Assembly: GCA_000830275.1 (NCBI GenBank)
Contig: CP010424.1
Location: 622,782 to 686,781, forward strand
DNA from: an archaeon GW2011_AR10
Lineage (GTDB): Archaea; Iainarchaeota; Iainarchaeia; Iainarchaeales; GW2011-AR10
DNA: 64,000 nucleotides
Direction: 5' to 3'
Of the stretch, positions 27,225 through 36,036 are shown one piece after another (position 1 is the stretch's first letter; each line of letters starts with the position of its first letter). A model generated the notes under the pieces. It ran no database searches. It was not told the DNA's origin and saw only the letters and a list, made by a program, of their open reading frames with translations. A program made the translations under genes and the position numbers.

Positions 27225-29504
27225 TCAAGACTTTGTTTTGGCAATTATTCCCTTAATTAAGTGGTTTTTTACCCAGTTCTTCCACTCGCCCAGAACCTCT
27301 TCGTAGTCAACGGAACCGTGTTCTTCAAGCTGGTCCTCCTTCAATAGCATGAGCTTGTTGTTTGCAAGAACCGCGTTTTCTGCTTCAAGCAGAGAAGGAA
27401 TTGAATTCTTGTTCTTCATTTCCACCAAAAACTCTTTTGCCGAGCCATTCATTCTTATGCTCCTCCAGATTTCTTCAAGGTTGAGGCCGCTCATCTTGCT
27501 TATCTTTGAGAACATCTCGCTTTCCTTAAGGTTGTCTTCAAGCAGTTCAAGCTCGTCTTTTTTTGCGTCATAACTCATTAGGTCCAGCAAACCGCCCTCT
27601 CTTTCAGGATCCTCAATCCAGTGCTTTTTCACCTCTGTTATCTGGACAATTCTCCTGTTCCTCTGCAGTGACCCGGAAAACCTTATCGGCCTTGCAACCA
27701 CGACAACATCAGTTGCCTTAAACGAAGTGTTTGGAACATCCAAGTCATTCACTACCCTATCCCACACAGAGTAAGCGCTTTCACCGTGGATTGTTCCCAT
27801 CACAATGTTTCCCGCAGCACCAATTCTCATTGCCTCGTACAGAACCCTTGCTTCCTTGCTCCTCACTTCACCTATGATTAGGGCAGAATCTCCCAAACGA
27901 AGCGCTGTCCTCAAAGCTTCCTCTGGCGCAACCTCAGAGGAAGTGCCGCCAGCAGCAATAGGTGAACGCGTTTTAAGCCTCTGGATGTTGAAGCCTATGT
28001 TCTTCATGTAAGGAACTGGAAGTTCCAAGGTGTCTTCCTGCACAATTATTCTCGTGCTCTGGATAATTTCAAGGATTAGTGCCTGCATCAAAGAAGTTTT
28101 TCCGCTGCCCCTTGAACCAGTAACCAGCATTGTTGCCTGTGCGTCAACGAAAAAAGAAAGCAGGCCTGCTGAAAGAGGAGTTAAAAATTTCACGTCAACA
28201 AACTGGGGCAGCGTCCAAGGAGTAACCTTATGCAGCCTGAAAGCAAACGCGATTCCGCTCGGCGCAAGCGGCGGGCCAATGACTGCAACCCTTGTCTCCA
28301 TGTCAGGCAAATCAAAGTCCAGGACTGGATGAGCTTCATCAAATGGCCTGCCTGACATTGCACGCATTTTTGATACAAGCGAACTTGCCTCTCCTTCAGT
28401 GTAAAGAATGTTGGTTTCGCACTGGCCAAAGTCAGAGTGAATAACGTAAAGCGGCTTCTGCCCGATGGGAGAATCAATGAAAATGTCTGTGAGGTTCCTG
28501 TCAGAGAGCAGCAGTTCAAGGATTCCGTAGCCGACAGTGTACCTTGCAACAATCTGGCTTAACTCAATTATTTCATCGTTGCCAAGAGAAATATTGTTCT
28601 CTTTCGCGATGTCCTTGATTGTTGACTGGTAAACGCGCTCAAAGTACTTCCTGCTTTTCGCAAGCTCGCTTAAAGAGGTTTTTCCAGGCCTGTACGATGC
28701 AACGATTTCCCTTGTCTTGCTCAAAATGAAGTACTTGTCCGGGGGCAGGGAATACTCTGGGGGATTGACAATGTAAAGCTTCTGCGGCTTGTTCGGGTGC
28801 TTGAATATCTGCACTGTTGTATCCTTCACTTGGTATTCGTCCAGAAGCTCCAGCTTTTCCTCTTCTTCAAACAGCAGCCTTGAACCGATAAAGGAGGGTT
28901 TTACCTGCGCTTCAAAGAACGGCTTGTACATTTCTTTTGTGTCAGGAACTGTTTTCAGCTTCAAAAGAATCTGTTTGGCTTTCTGGACAAGCATTGTGCT
29001 GTCAAGGTTCTTCTTTATGTAAAGCAGGGTGCGAAGGTAAACATCAGAGTAATGCTCTTTGTCCTCAGAGCTAAAGCGCTCCCTTTCCTTGCTGATGGCG
29101 CGGAGCAGTTCAAGGTAAGAATAAATCGGGTCAAACAACAGGGTATCGTGAGTGATTTTAACAATAGTGTTGTGCCTTTCACCGAAGTCTTTTTCGCCCT
29201 CAATTTTTGCATCCCCTAAAAACTTGTAGCTCCACACGCTTTCAATCTCTAATTTTTGCGCAACCCTCGAAATTTCCTCCAGAAGCTTTTTCTGCTCCTC
29301 GCTGTAAACCCTTTCGTACACTTCAGCCAAAACAATGTCGTCAACTTCCACTTCTTGAAGCAGGCTGAAGACATGGTACCTGCATGCAGGGTCATCAGCG
29401 ATTGAGGAACTATAAACGCAGTCGCGACAGTCAAAAATCAGGTGCCTCTTGTTGCCTTCCTCTTTAACCGCCCAAGGGCCTACTTCAAAACCGCCGATTT
29501 TCAA
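27225..29504 (-). CDS. Type IV pilus assembly ATPase (FlaI/ArlI/PilB-like) with extended N-terminal domain
   Basis: Walker A TGSRGSGKTSLMQAL, Asp box IIVQEDTLEL, Walker B/His box ALIIGEVRSKEA...GTIHGESA; 759 aa, about 200 aa longer than typical FlaI. Confidence 0.8.
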   Translation of the reverse strand: MKIGGFEVGPWAVKEEGNKRHLIFDCRDCVYSSSIADDPACRYHVFSLLQEVEVDDIVLAEVYERVYSEEQKKLLEEISRVAQKLEIESVWSYKFLGDAKIEGEKDFGERHNTIVKITHDTLLFDPIYSYLELLRAISKERERFSSEDKEHYSDVYLRTLLYIKKNLDSTMLVQKAKQILLKLKTVPDTKEMYKPFFEAQVKPSFIGSRLLFEEEEKLELLDEYQVKDTTVQIFKHPNKPQKLYIVNPPEYSLPPDKYFILSKTREIVASYRPGKTSLSELAKSRKYFERVYQSTIKDIAKENNISLGNDEIIELSQIVARYTVGYGILELLLSDRNLTDIFIDSPIGQKPLYVIHSDFGQCETNILYTEGEASSLVSKMRAMSGRPFDEAHPVLDFDLPDMETRVAVIGPPLAPSGIAFAFRLHKVTPWTLPQFVDVKFLTPLSAGLLSFFVDAQATMLVTGSRGSGKTSLMQALILEIIQSTRIIVQEDTLELPVPYMKNIGFNIQRLKTRSPIAAGGTSSEVAPEEALRTALRLGDSALIIGEVRSKEARVLYEAMRIGAAGNIVMGTIHGESAYSVWDRVVNDLDVPNTSFKATDVVVVARPIRFSGSLQRNRRIVQITEVKKHWIEDPEREGGLLDLMSYDAKKDELELLEDNLKESEMFSKISKMSGLNLEEIWRSIRMNGSAKEFLVEMKNKNSIPSLLEAENAVLANNKLMLLKEDQLEEHGSVDYEEVLGEWKNWVKNHLIKGIIAKTKS

Positions 29505-29524
29505 CGCAATTCACCTTTAAAATT

Positions 29525-29612
29525 GCGAATTCCCTTTATTAATAGGTGGTTCAGTGGAATTCGCGTAACTCAAAAACCACCCATAATCCACCGACTTAGG
29601 CCGGTGGTTTTT
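29525..29612 (+). other. Conserved structured intergenic element, copy 1, followed by hairpin plus T-run
   Basis: 9-bp inverted repeat GCGAATTCC / GGAATTCGC encloses GGTGGTT, which can pair with the downstream AACCACC; then CCACCG-N8-CGGTGG followed by TTTTT. Core GGTGGTTYAGTGGAATT...AACTC...AAAAACCACC recurs reverse-complemented at 51926-51999. Confidence 0.45.
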
Positions 29613-29759
29613 GAAAGCTGCAGCGAATAAAAAAGGCCTAATCTTATTATTATACTTTATCTTCAATGAAAGAAACTAATAATAATAACAAAATACATTG
29701 TTTTTCTGCGGAAAGTGAAGCACTAAGAGCATGGCTGACTTGAAGCAAAAGGTGAACTG

Positions 29760-30995
29760 ATGCGGTTCGGCGAAGTGTTAAAGAATTCATTCACCCTGTG
29801 GCTGAAGGACAAAAAGAGCCTTATATATGTTCTTGCATTAATTGGATTGTTTGCGGTTCTCGCAGCTGGATTGATTGCTTTTCTTGCAATTGGTTCTTTG
29901 ACTAACTCGATTAGATTTATTGAAGGTTCGGACTTAACCCAAGTGGCCCTTTCAGATGACGGAAACATCATCTTCCTGGCAATTGCGGCAATTGTTTTGC
30001 TCTGCGCTTTTATAGTGTTTTTTGTAGGCACATTCTATGTGTCAGCCTTGCTGGAGGTTCGAGCGCTGCAGCTGCTGGGCTTTAACACCGCGCGGTTCGG
30101 GCTAATTAAATTCGTCAAGCTTGTTCTATTCCAGATTTGGGTTTCAATCATGGCCTACACTTCATGGTACAACAAGGTGTTCTTCTACTATCTAATCGGG
30201 CTGATTCTCTTCTGGGTTACATCAATCGGCGTGTTTTTGCTGATTGAGCGCATCGGAAACATTTTGCTTTTATTGGCAACACTGCTTTCAGCTGTCTACC
30301 TTTTACCTGTTATATACAACACAATTAGGCTGAGCATTGCTTCCGCCATTTATCTCCATGAGGACTTTGGGATTATGAAGGCAGGAAGGGCCGCATGGGA
30401 GCTAGCGCACAAGAAAGTGCTTGGAATATTCATTGCATTCCTGCTGGTGCAGATTGCAATTCAAATATTACTAATCATACCTTGGTTTGTCTTAATTATT
30501 GCGGCAAACGTTGCCCTGCTTTTGACAGGCATAGAACTCTTAGCAATTGCAATTGCTTTCACAGGAATGGCCTTGATAATTATTTTTGCTATTGTTGTTT
30601 CATCTTTTGCAGTGCCAAGCATTTACTCGGAAGTGAAAAACAGCCCGAGCGAGCAGCCACCTGCCCCAAGTGGTTTGCCGAAAAATACAACTGCCCTTAC
30701 AACAATGCAAACCAATGAGCCGATTGAAAGAATGCGCGCATCAATCCAAAGGCAGGAGCCAGTTTACTCTCAGCCACAAAGGCAACAGAGCTATGCAAGG
30801 CGCAGCCCTGCAGCTGCTGGGCTTTCAGCGGTTGAAAAAGCGCATGTGAACAAGCTTGCTGCAGTGCTGAAAGACGTTTCCCACCGCTACAAGGAATCGG
30901 AAATAAGGCAAGTAATAAAGGAAAAGAATTACTCTGACAGAATAGCGGATGAAACAATCAAGCTGCTCCAGAAAGACCTTAAAAACAGCAAATGA
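29760..30995 (+). CDS. Hypothetical polytopic membrane protein
   Basis: 411 aa with about eight hydrophobic helices and a hydrophilic C-terminal tail. Confidence 0.45.
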   Translation: MRFGEVLKNSFTLWLKDKKSLIYVLALIGLFAVLAAGLIAFLAIGSLTNSIRFIEGSDLTQVALSDDGNIIFLAIAAIVLLCAFIVFFVGTFYVSALLEVRALQLLGFNTARFGLIKFVKLVLFQIWVSIMAYTSWYNKVFFYYLIGLILFWVTSIGVFLLIERIGNILLLLATLLSAVYLLPVIYNTIRLSIASAIYLHEDFGIMKAGRAAWELAHKKVLGIFIAFLLVQIAIQILLIIPWFVLIIAANVALLLTGIELLAIAIAFTGMALIIIFAIVVSSFAVPSIYSEVKNSPSEQPPAPSGLPKNTTALTTMQTNEPIERMRASIQRQEPVYSQPQRQQSYARRSPAAAGLSAVEKAHVNKLAAVLKDVSHRYKESEIRQVIKEKNYSDRIADETIKLLQKDLKNSK

Positions 30996-31028
30996 TTTAA
31001 AAACAAGGGAACTGCATGATTTTAGTTA

Positions 31029-31586
31029 ATGCACAAAAAATTTGAATTTCTGAGTAAAACTTTTTCAGAGAAAGAAATACTTAAAGCAGGAAAGTTTCTT
31101 TTGGGCTTAGCTGCATACTTCATTGCGCTGAGCTTTCTTGTTTCACTGGTGCCGCTGGAATTGGTTGAATTCTTTTTTGCATCAGTTTCACTTTTCTTTC
31201 TTGGGTTTTTTGGCTTTTCGGGAGAACTGGTTTTCACGGAACCAGTTATCATGCAATTGCAGGGCTTGGAGCAAGGAATTGCAATAACCTATCTTTGCAC
31301 TGGCCTGCTGGAACTGGTGCTGCTTGTTTCAGCTGTTGCCTCCTCGTTCGGCATTGAATGGAAAAAAAGAATTATTGGAGTTATTGCTGGCGCAATTGCA
31401 TTGGTTGCGTTCAACGTTTTCAGGATAGTTTCAAGCATTCTGATTATTCTTTGGTTTGGTTTGGAGGCAGGTGGCTTTTCGCATGACCTGTTGTTCAGGG
31501 TTTTTTTGTTTGCAACCGTTGCCGGCTACTATTTTGTGTGGTTTAACTGGGCCACAAGACTAAAAAAACTGAATTCCACCTTATAG
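31029..31586 (+). CDS. Small polytopic membrane protein, possible exosortase/archaeosortase-family
   Basis: Five to six helices; a helix-embedded Cys (ITYLCTGLLEL) and a downstream N-x-x-R (AFNVFRIV) resemble the conserved Cys and Arg of that family. Weak, motif-level only. Confidence 0.3.
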   Translation: MHKKFEFLSKTFSEKEILKAGKFLLGLAAYFIALSFLVSLVPLELVEFFFASVSLFFLGFFGFSGELVFTEPVIMQLQGLEQGIAITYLCTGLLELVLLVSAVASSFGIEWKKRIIGVIAGAIALVAFNVFRIVSSILIILWFGLEAGGFSHDLLFRVFLFATVAGYYFVWFNWATRLKKLNSTL

Positions 31587-31949
31587 CATTATAGTGTTTT
31601 CTCCTTCAAAGTGTTTGTCCCCAGTAACAATCGGCAGATTGTACTGCTTTGCTGTTGCAAGAATGATTGCATCAATTAAACCAAAATCCTTGAAGTTTTT
31701 TCTTTTTTCTATTTTTAATATACCTGATGTTTCCAATTGTTCTTGGTTGACTTCGATAATTGTAGACAGGTTTTTAACAATGTGAAAAATTTTTTGCCGG
31801 TTAAGTTTGCTTTTTTCAACCCACTCGCTCAGCTCTGCAATAGAAATAGCACTTGTGAAACACTGGTTATTAGCAATAACTTCTTTTACTTTTAGGCCCC
31901 TGCTAGTACCATTAAATAATTCAATCCAAGCATATGTATCCAAAAGCAC
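31581..31949 (-). CDS. vapC: PIN-domain toxin VapC
   Basis: N-terminal MLLDTYAWIE (first acidic residue) and C-terminal PIVTGDKHFEG are the PIN-domain signatures. Confidence 0.8.
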   Translation of the reverse strand: MLLDTYAWIELFNGTSRGLKVKEVIANNQCFTSAISIAELSEWVEKSKLNRQKIFHIVKNLSTIIEVNQEQLETSGILKIEKRKNFKDFGLIDAIILATAKQYNLPIVTGDKHFEGENTIML

Positions 31950-32168
31950 TTAAAACACTCTGTCTTTGTGGTCTCGCCTAAAGGGTTTTGCATTTTTTAC
32001 AGAACCAAATGCTTTTTCAAGTAAAGAGATGTCTTTTTTAATAACAGCCAACTGTATTTTCTCCCCCTCGCCGATTTTTTCCTGTTTTACTACCTCCTTT
32101 GGAATCAGAGCACCCCAAGAACTCCCAACCTTTCTAAGCTTGGTTTCAAAAACCTGCACAAAAATCAC
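31950..32168 (-). CDS. vapB: AbrB/SpoVT-type antitoxin VapB
   Basis: 72 aa; KVGSSWGALIPKEVV matches the swapped-hairpin DNA-binding fold; its stop abuts the vapC start. Confidence 0.7.
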   Translation of the reverse strand: MIFVQVFETKLRKVGSSWGALIPKEVVKQEKIGEGEKIQLAVIKKDISLLEKAFGSVKNAKPFRRDHKDRVF

Positions 32169-32350
32169 TATTATAATATATTATAACAAAATATTTAAAC
32201 TTATTCTTGGCCGGAACTGCATTGTTTCTGCCAAAAAAAACATTCATCTGGGCGACAAGAATCTGAAGCCGTTTTGCATAAGAAGCACCTTAAAACCTGA
32301 AAGCAGTAAATATATATTGCTGAAGATAATTAATACAAAGAGAGAAGCAG

Positions 32351-32935
32351 GTGAATTTGTTGGAGAAGCGCTATAGAAACCTCGCCCTGTTAGTGGTTGC
32401 AGTAATAGTTTTAGCTTTGGCTTGGCTTCTTTTTTCCTCTGTTTCCTTTGAGTCAAAGCTCTCGGAAATTGATGCAGTGTGGAAAGAAAACGGCCTTAGC
32501 GTGGCTGGTTTTCCTTACCGAAATTCACAGGAATTTGACGCGCTCAGCCTGCAGGAAATTGAGTCACTGAAGGAAAGGCTTGGCAGGGTTGAGCCGGCAA
32601 GAATTGAATCAGTTGAACAGTTTGTGGCATTAAACAAAAAGCTGTTGGCTCTTGCAACCGCTAGGAAACTTTTGGAGGAAAAAGTTCTTGCAATCGAATC
32701 AACAGCAGGCATATGCAGTGAACTCAGCCTTCTTGATGAACTGCTAGAAGCCCAAAGGGAAGTGAACGAAAAATCAAAATCGTTTGTTGGAAGCTACAAT
32801 TTGTTCGTTGAGTCTTTTCCTAGGGAAGCCGAGACAGCATCGCTTCCACAAATTGAGGACAACGGCCTTGAACTGGAGTTCCTGCTCGCGCAACAGGAGG
32901 AAAATGCTGCAGCAGTCAGGGGTGAGTGCGCTTGA
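32351..32935 (+). CDS. Hypothetical membrane-anchored protein
   Basis: N-terminal transmembrane helix (LALLVVAVIVLALAWLLF) then a helical, Leu/Glu-rich region. Confidence 0.4.
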   Translation: MNLLEKRYRNLALLVVAVIVLALAWLLFSSVSFESKLSEIDAVWKENGLSVAGFPYRNSQEFDALSLQEIESLKERLGRVEPARIESVEQFVALNKKLLALATARKLLEEKVLAIESTAGICSELSLLDELLEAQREVNEKSKSFVGSYNLFVESFPREAETASLPQIEDNGLELEFLLAQQEENAAAVRGECA

Positions 32936-35900
32936 AGAAAAAACCTTTATTCTTGCTTTTGCTGCTTGCACTGCTTTTAACTGCCGCTAACGCAGAAGCA
33001 CAAATTGCTGCCTCTGAGTGGAATGAAGGCGTTATTGCAACCAGCTTCAGCTGCAGGAAAAGCAACTGCGTTGCATTGCCCTCTCGTTTGGCTTTAGGCA
33101 AGAGAGTTGAGGTGTGCTCTTCCAAAGGATGCGTGACCGCGGTTGTAGCAGATGTTGGGCCTTGGTGCAGGCAGGATGACCCCTACGTGCTTGGCAACAG
33201 CAGGCCTTTTGCTGAGCAGCGTGCAGGAGAAAACCTTGATGATGCATTAAAATTTCCTGAAGCAGGAGAGGACACCTTGGACTGCAGAACTAACCCGAAA
33301 GTTGGAGGGCCTATTCCAAGGAAAAGCAACGGCGCAGGCATTGACTTATCGGTTGATGTTGACAGGGAACTAGGCAACAACGGAAAAGGAATTGTGAGCT
33401 GGAGGTTCATTGATGATCCAACCAATTCGCTGTTGAAATTGATTGACACTGCAAGAAAATCCCAGCAGGAGTCAATTCCAAATATTTTTTCGGCTTCAAT
33501 TAGTTCAGGCGCTCCGCTTGACTTCTTCAGGGGCAAAACAGTTCTTATTGATGTAGGGCACGGTGGAAGGGATCCCGGCGCAGTTTTCACCACCAAAAAC
33601 GGGCAGACAGTGAACGAGAAGGACATGGCACTCTCGTATTCAAATAAACTCAAAGAAGTGCTTGAATCAAACGGGGCGAGGGTTTTGATGACAAGGGAAA
33701 CCGATGTTTACCTTTCCTTGAGCGAAAGGGTTGACATCATTAACAGGGAAAAACCTGATGTTGCAATTTCAATGCACATTAACTCTGCAAGGCTGCCTGT
33801 TTTCAGGGGCACACCACTGGTTTTCGTGGCATGCCTTTTCAGGGAGGAGGGCAAAAACGGCAACGGCTTGGTTGACATAGCAGAATTTGCCTCATTTAAC
33901 CAGTTGTGCCAGCCTAACCCTGCTGAAAGCCACCAAGGCAGCGTAATAGTGGCATCGAACGTTACAAACAAGTTAAGCGGGTTTCTTACCGGAATGCGCG
34001 TAGCTGATGCAACTGTTCTGGTTAGGTCAAATTCTCCTGTTGTGTTGTTTGAGGTTGGCTTTGGCTCGAACAAGGATGAACTTGAAAGAATGCTGACTCC
34101 ATTGCACCAGACAACCATAACTCTTGGCTTGGCAGCAGCAATACAGGATTACCTTGGAAAAACGAAAAAGGCAGCAGTAACTGGAACCGAGCTGAAGGAA
34201 ATTGAGCTGGAGGAAGAACTGGATTATGTTGTGCTGAACTTTGGTGACCTAAGCGAACTCGAAAGGAGGGGGGTGCCAAACCCAATCACTTCAATTGCAA
34301 GCGGCACAAAATTCTACAAGAACGGGAACGAAGTGGATGCGTTCGCAACTTCGATTGTTCCTGATTCGGCTGGCAGCGAAAACAAGCTGGCAGTGTACAG
34401 GCTGCAACAGTACTCATCATACAATTTTGAGGTGAAGCTCACAGGCTACTTTGACAACAAGGTGATTGGCACAGGAAGCTTTGGGCCTATTCCTGGAAAG
34501 GCAAAGCCGGAGCTAAACGCAAATGTAAAGTGGAATTTTGCAGGGGAAGCAGCAGGCAATGTTGCTCCAACCGCTGTTGCAAATGACATAAATGCAGTGA
34601 AAGGAAAAGCGGTTTTGCTTGACGCTTCAAGGTCTTTTGACTCCGATGGAACAATTGAAGGTTACTTGTGGCTTGATTCAAGTCACCCGGATGAAAGCCC
34701 TGCAAATGGGAAAAGAGTTGCAGAGGCAACTGTTTCAGCTGTGTTTAACACTTTGGGAGAGCACCTTGTAATTCTTTACGTAACAGATGACAAGGGGGCA
34801 ACCGGCTCGGAAACTTTTTACGTGAATGTAGCCAAGGAACAAGAAGGCATAGTGGAAGAAGGAGCTCCGAGGATTGAGAGACTTGTGCTGAATTATGAGT
34901 ATTCTTTACGAATCAGATACAACGAGGACGGCACTATCAGGGAAACAGATGTTATTTCCCTGCAGCTCGGAAAAAACCAATTAATCTCTGCCGCGTTTTA
35001 TTCCCCTGTTGAGTTTTATCGCGCGCAACTTGAGCTCTGGGCATTCCAGGAGGGAATTACTCCAAGCGCGGCAAGCATTGAGAGGAGAATGATAATTGCG
35101 GCTGATGAACGAGGCACTAATGCTCATGAGGCAGGCACTGACATATTGGTGCCAATTGATGAGGGAAAAATTGTCAGCCTAGACGAAATAGATTACGGAA
35201 AAATTGGGACAGGGCAGTGGAACAGTTCAGTGAAAGAGTTCGTGCAAAAATTCAAGGACAACCAGTATTATTTTAGGGTTGAAACAAGGATTGAAAAGGA
35301 AAGCAATGGTAAAAAGGTTGGCTCACAATTCGTGCCGGTAAGCATATCCTTGTTTGAGGAGCTTCCGCGCATTGAGAGCTGCAGTTCCATTAGGGAGTGC
35401 CTTGCCCGCGGCAGCCAGATTGTTTCCAACAGTCTTTTGAGGGCAGGCGAACAGGCAGAAGATTTTGAGGGCTTGAAGTGCGTGCAATTAGAGGAAGGAA
35501 AGCAGCTGGATGTTGTCAGTGCTCCATGCATTTCAGCTGAAAGGATTGATGAAATCCTTGCAGCAAACGATTCTCCGGCAGCTGGAACAGGAAAGGCATT
35601 CTATGATTACGGTTTAAAGTACGGCATTGACCCAACAGTTGCCTTGGCTTTCTTTAGGGAAGAGTCAACTTTCGGAAAGTTTGGGGCAGCAAACAGGACA
35701 AAATCAATCGGCAACATCAGGTATTACGATACTGCTGACCCAAATGATGCTGCTTACTGCCCAACGCAGAGAAATGACAATGGATTCTGCTCTTATGACA
35801 GCTGGGAGCAAGGCATCGAGCACTTCTACAAGTACATTAATGGCCCGCTTTACGTTGCAGCAGGCAACAATACTCTGGAGGAAATAGTGCCAATTTACAT

Positions 35901-35976
35901 TTCCGCTTCTTCAACTGAAACAAGCAGCATCATCAGCAAAATGAGAAGCTGGTTGGCTGAGTGGAGGGAACAGTAG
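32926..35976 (+). CDS. Secreted multi-domain peptidoglycan hydrolase (amidase-3 plus lysozyme/glucosaminidase-like)
   Basis: Signal peptide; RlpA/3D-like segment (GVIATSFSCRKSNCVALPSRLALGKRVEVCSSKGCVTAVVADVGPW); amidase-3 motifs (VLIDVGHGGRDPGAV...ARVLMTRETDVYLSLSERVDIINREKPDVAISMHINSA); PKD-like segment (LLDASRSFDSDGTIEGYLW); C-terminal lysozyme-like region (GIDPTVALAFFREESTFGKFGAANRTKSIGNIRYYD). Confidence 0.65.
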   Translation: MRLKKKPLFLLLLLALLLTAANAEAQIAASEWNEGVIATSFSCRKSNCVALPSRLALGKRVEVCSSKGCVTAVVADVGPWCRQDDPYVLGNSRPFAEQRAGENLDDALKFPEAGEDTLDCRTNPKVGGPIPRKSNGAGIDLSVDVDRELGNNGKGIVSWRFIDDPTNSLLKLIDTARKSQQESIPNIFSASISSGAPLDFFRGKTVLIDVGHGGRDPGAVFTTKNGQTVNEKDMALSYSNKLKEVLESNGARVLMTRETDVYLSLSERVDIINREKPDVAISMHINSARLPVFRGTPLVFVACLFREEGKNGNGLVDIAEFASFNQLCQPNPAESHQGSVIVASNVTNKLSGFLTGMRVADATVLVRSNSPVVLFEVGFGSNKDELERMLTPLHQTTITLGLAAAIQDYLGKTKKAAVTGTELKEIELEEELDYVVLNFGDLSELERRGVPNPITSIASGTKFYKNGNEVDAFATSIVPDSAGSENKLAVYRLQQYSSYNFEVKLTGYFDNKVIGTGSFGPIPGKAKPELNANVKWNFAGEAAGNVAPTAVANDINAVKGKAVLLDASRSFDSDGTIEGYLWLDSSHPDESPANGKRVAEATVSAVFNTLGEHLVILYVTDDKGATGSETFYVNVAKEQEGIVEEGAPRIERLVLNYEYSLRIRYNEDGTIRETDVISLQLGKNQLISAAFYSPVEFYRAQLELWAFQEGITPSAASIERRMIIAADERGTNAHEAGTDILVPIDEGKIVSLDEIDYGKIGTGQWNSSVKEFVQKFKDNQYYFRVETRIEKESNGKKVGSQFVPVSISLFEELPRIESCSSIRECLARGSQIVSNSLLRAGEQAEDFEGLKCVQLEEGKQLDVVSAPCISAERIDEILAANDSPAAGTGKAFYDYGLKYGIDPTVALAFFREESTFGKFGAANRTKSIGNIRYYDTADPNDAAYCPTQRNDNGFCSYDSWEQGIEHFYKYINGPLYVAAGNNTLEEIVPIYISASSTETSSIISKMRSWLAEWREQ

Positions 35977-36036
35977 GCCAAAAAATTTGGAAAATAGGAT
36001 ATATTTTAGTTAAAGTCGGAGTATAAGTGTATTGTA

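Noticed and set aside
29541-29612. Possible tRNA, from the GGTTCAGTGG D-loop-like string
   Set aside because: No acceptor stem, anticodon arm or T-loop motif (GTTCGAATC-like) could be built around it; treated as a structured element of unknown type instead.
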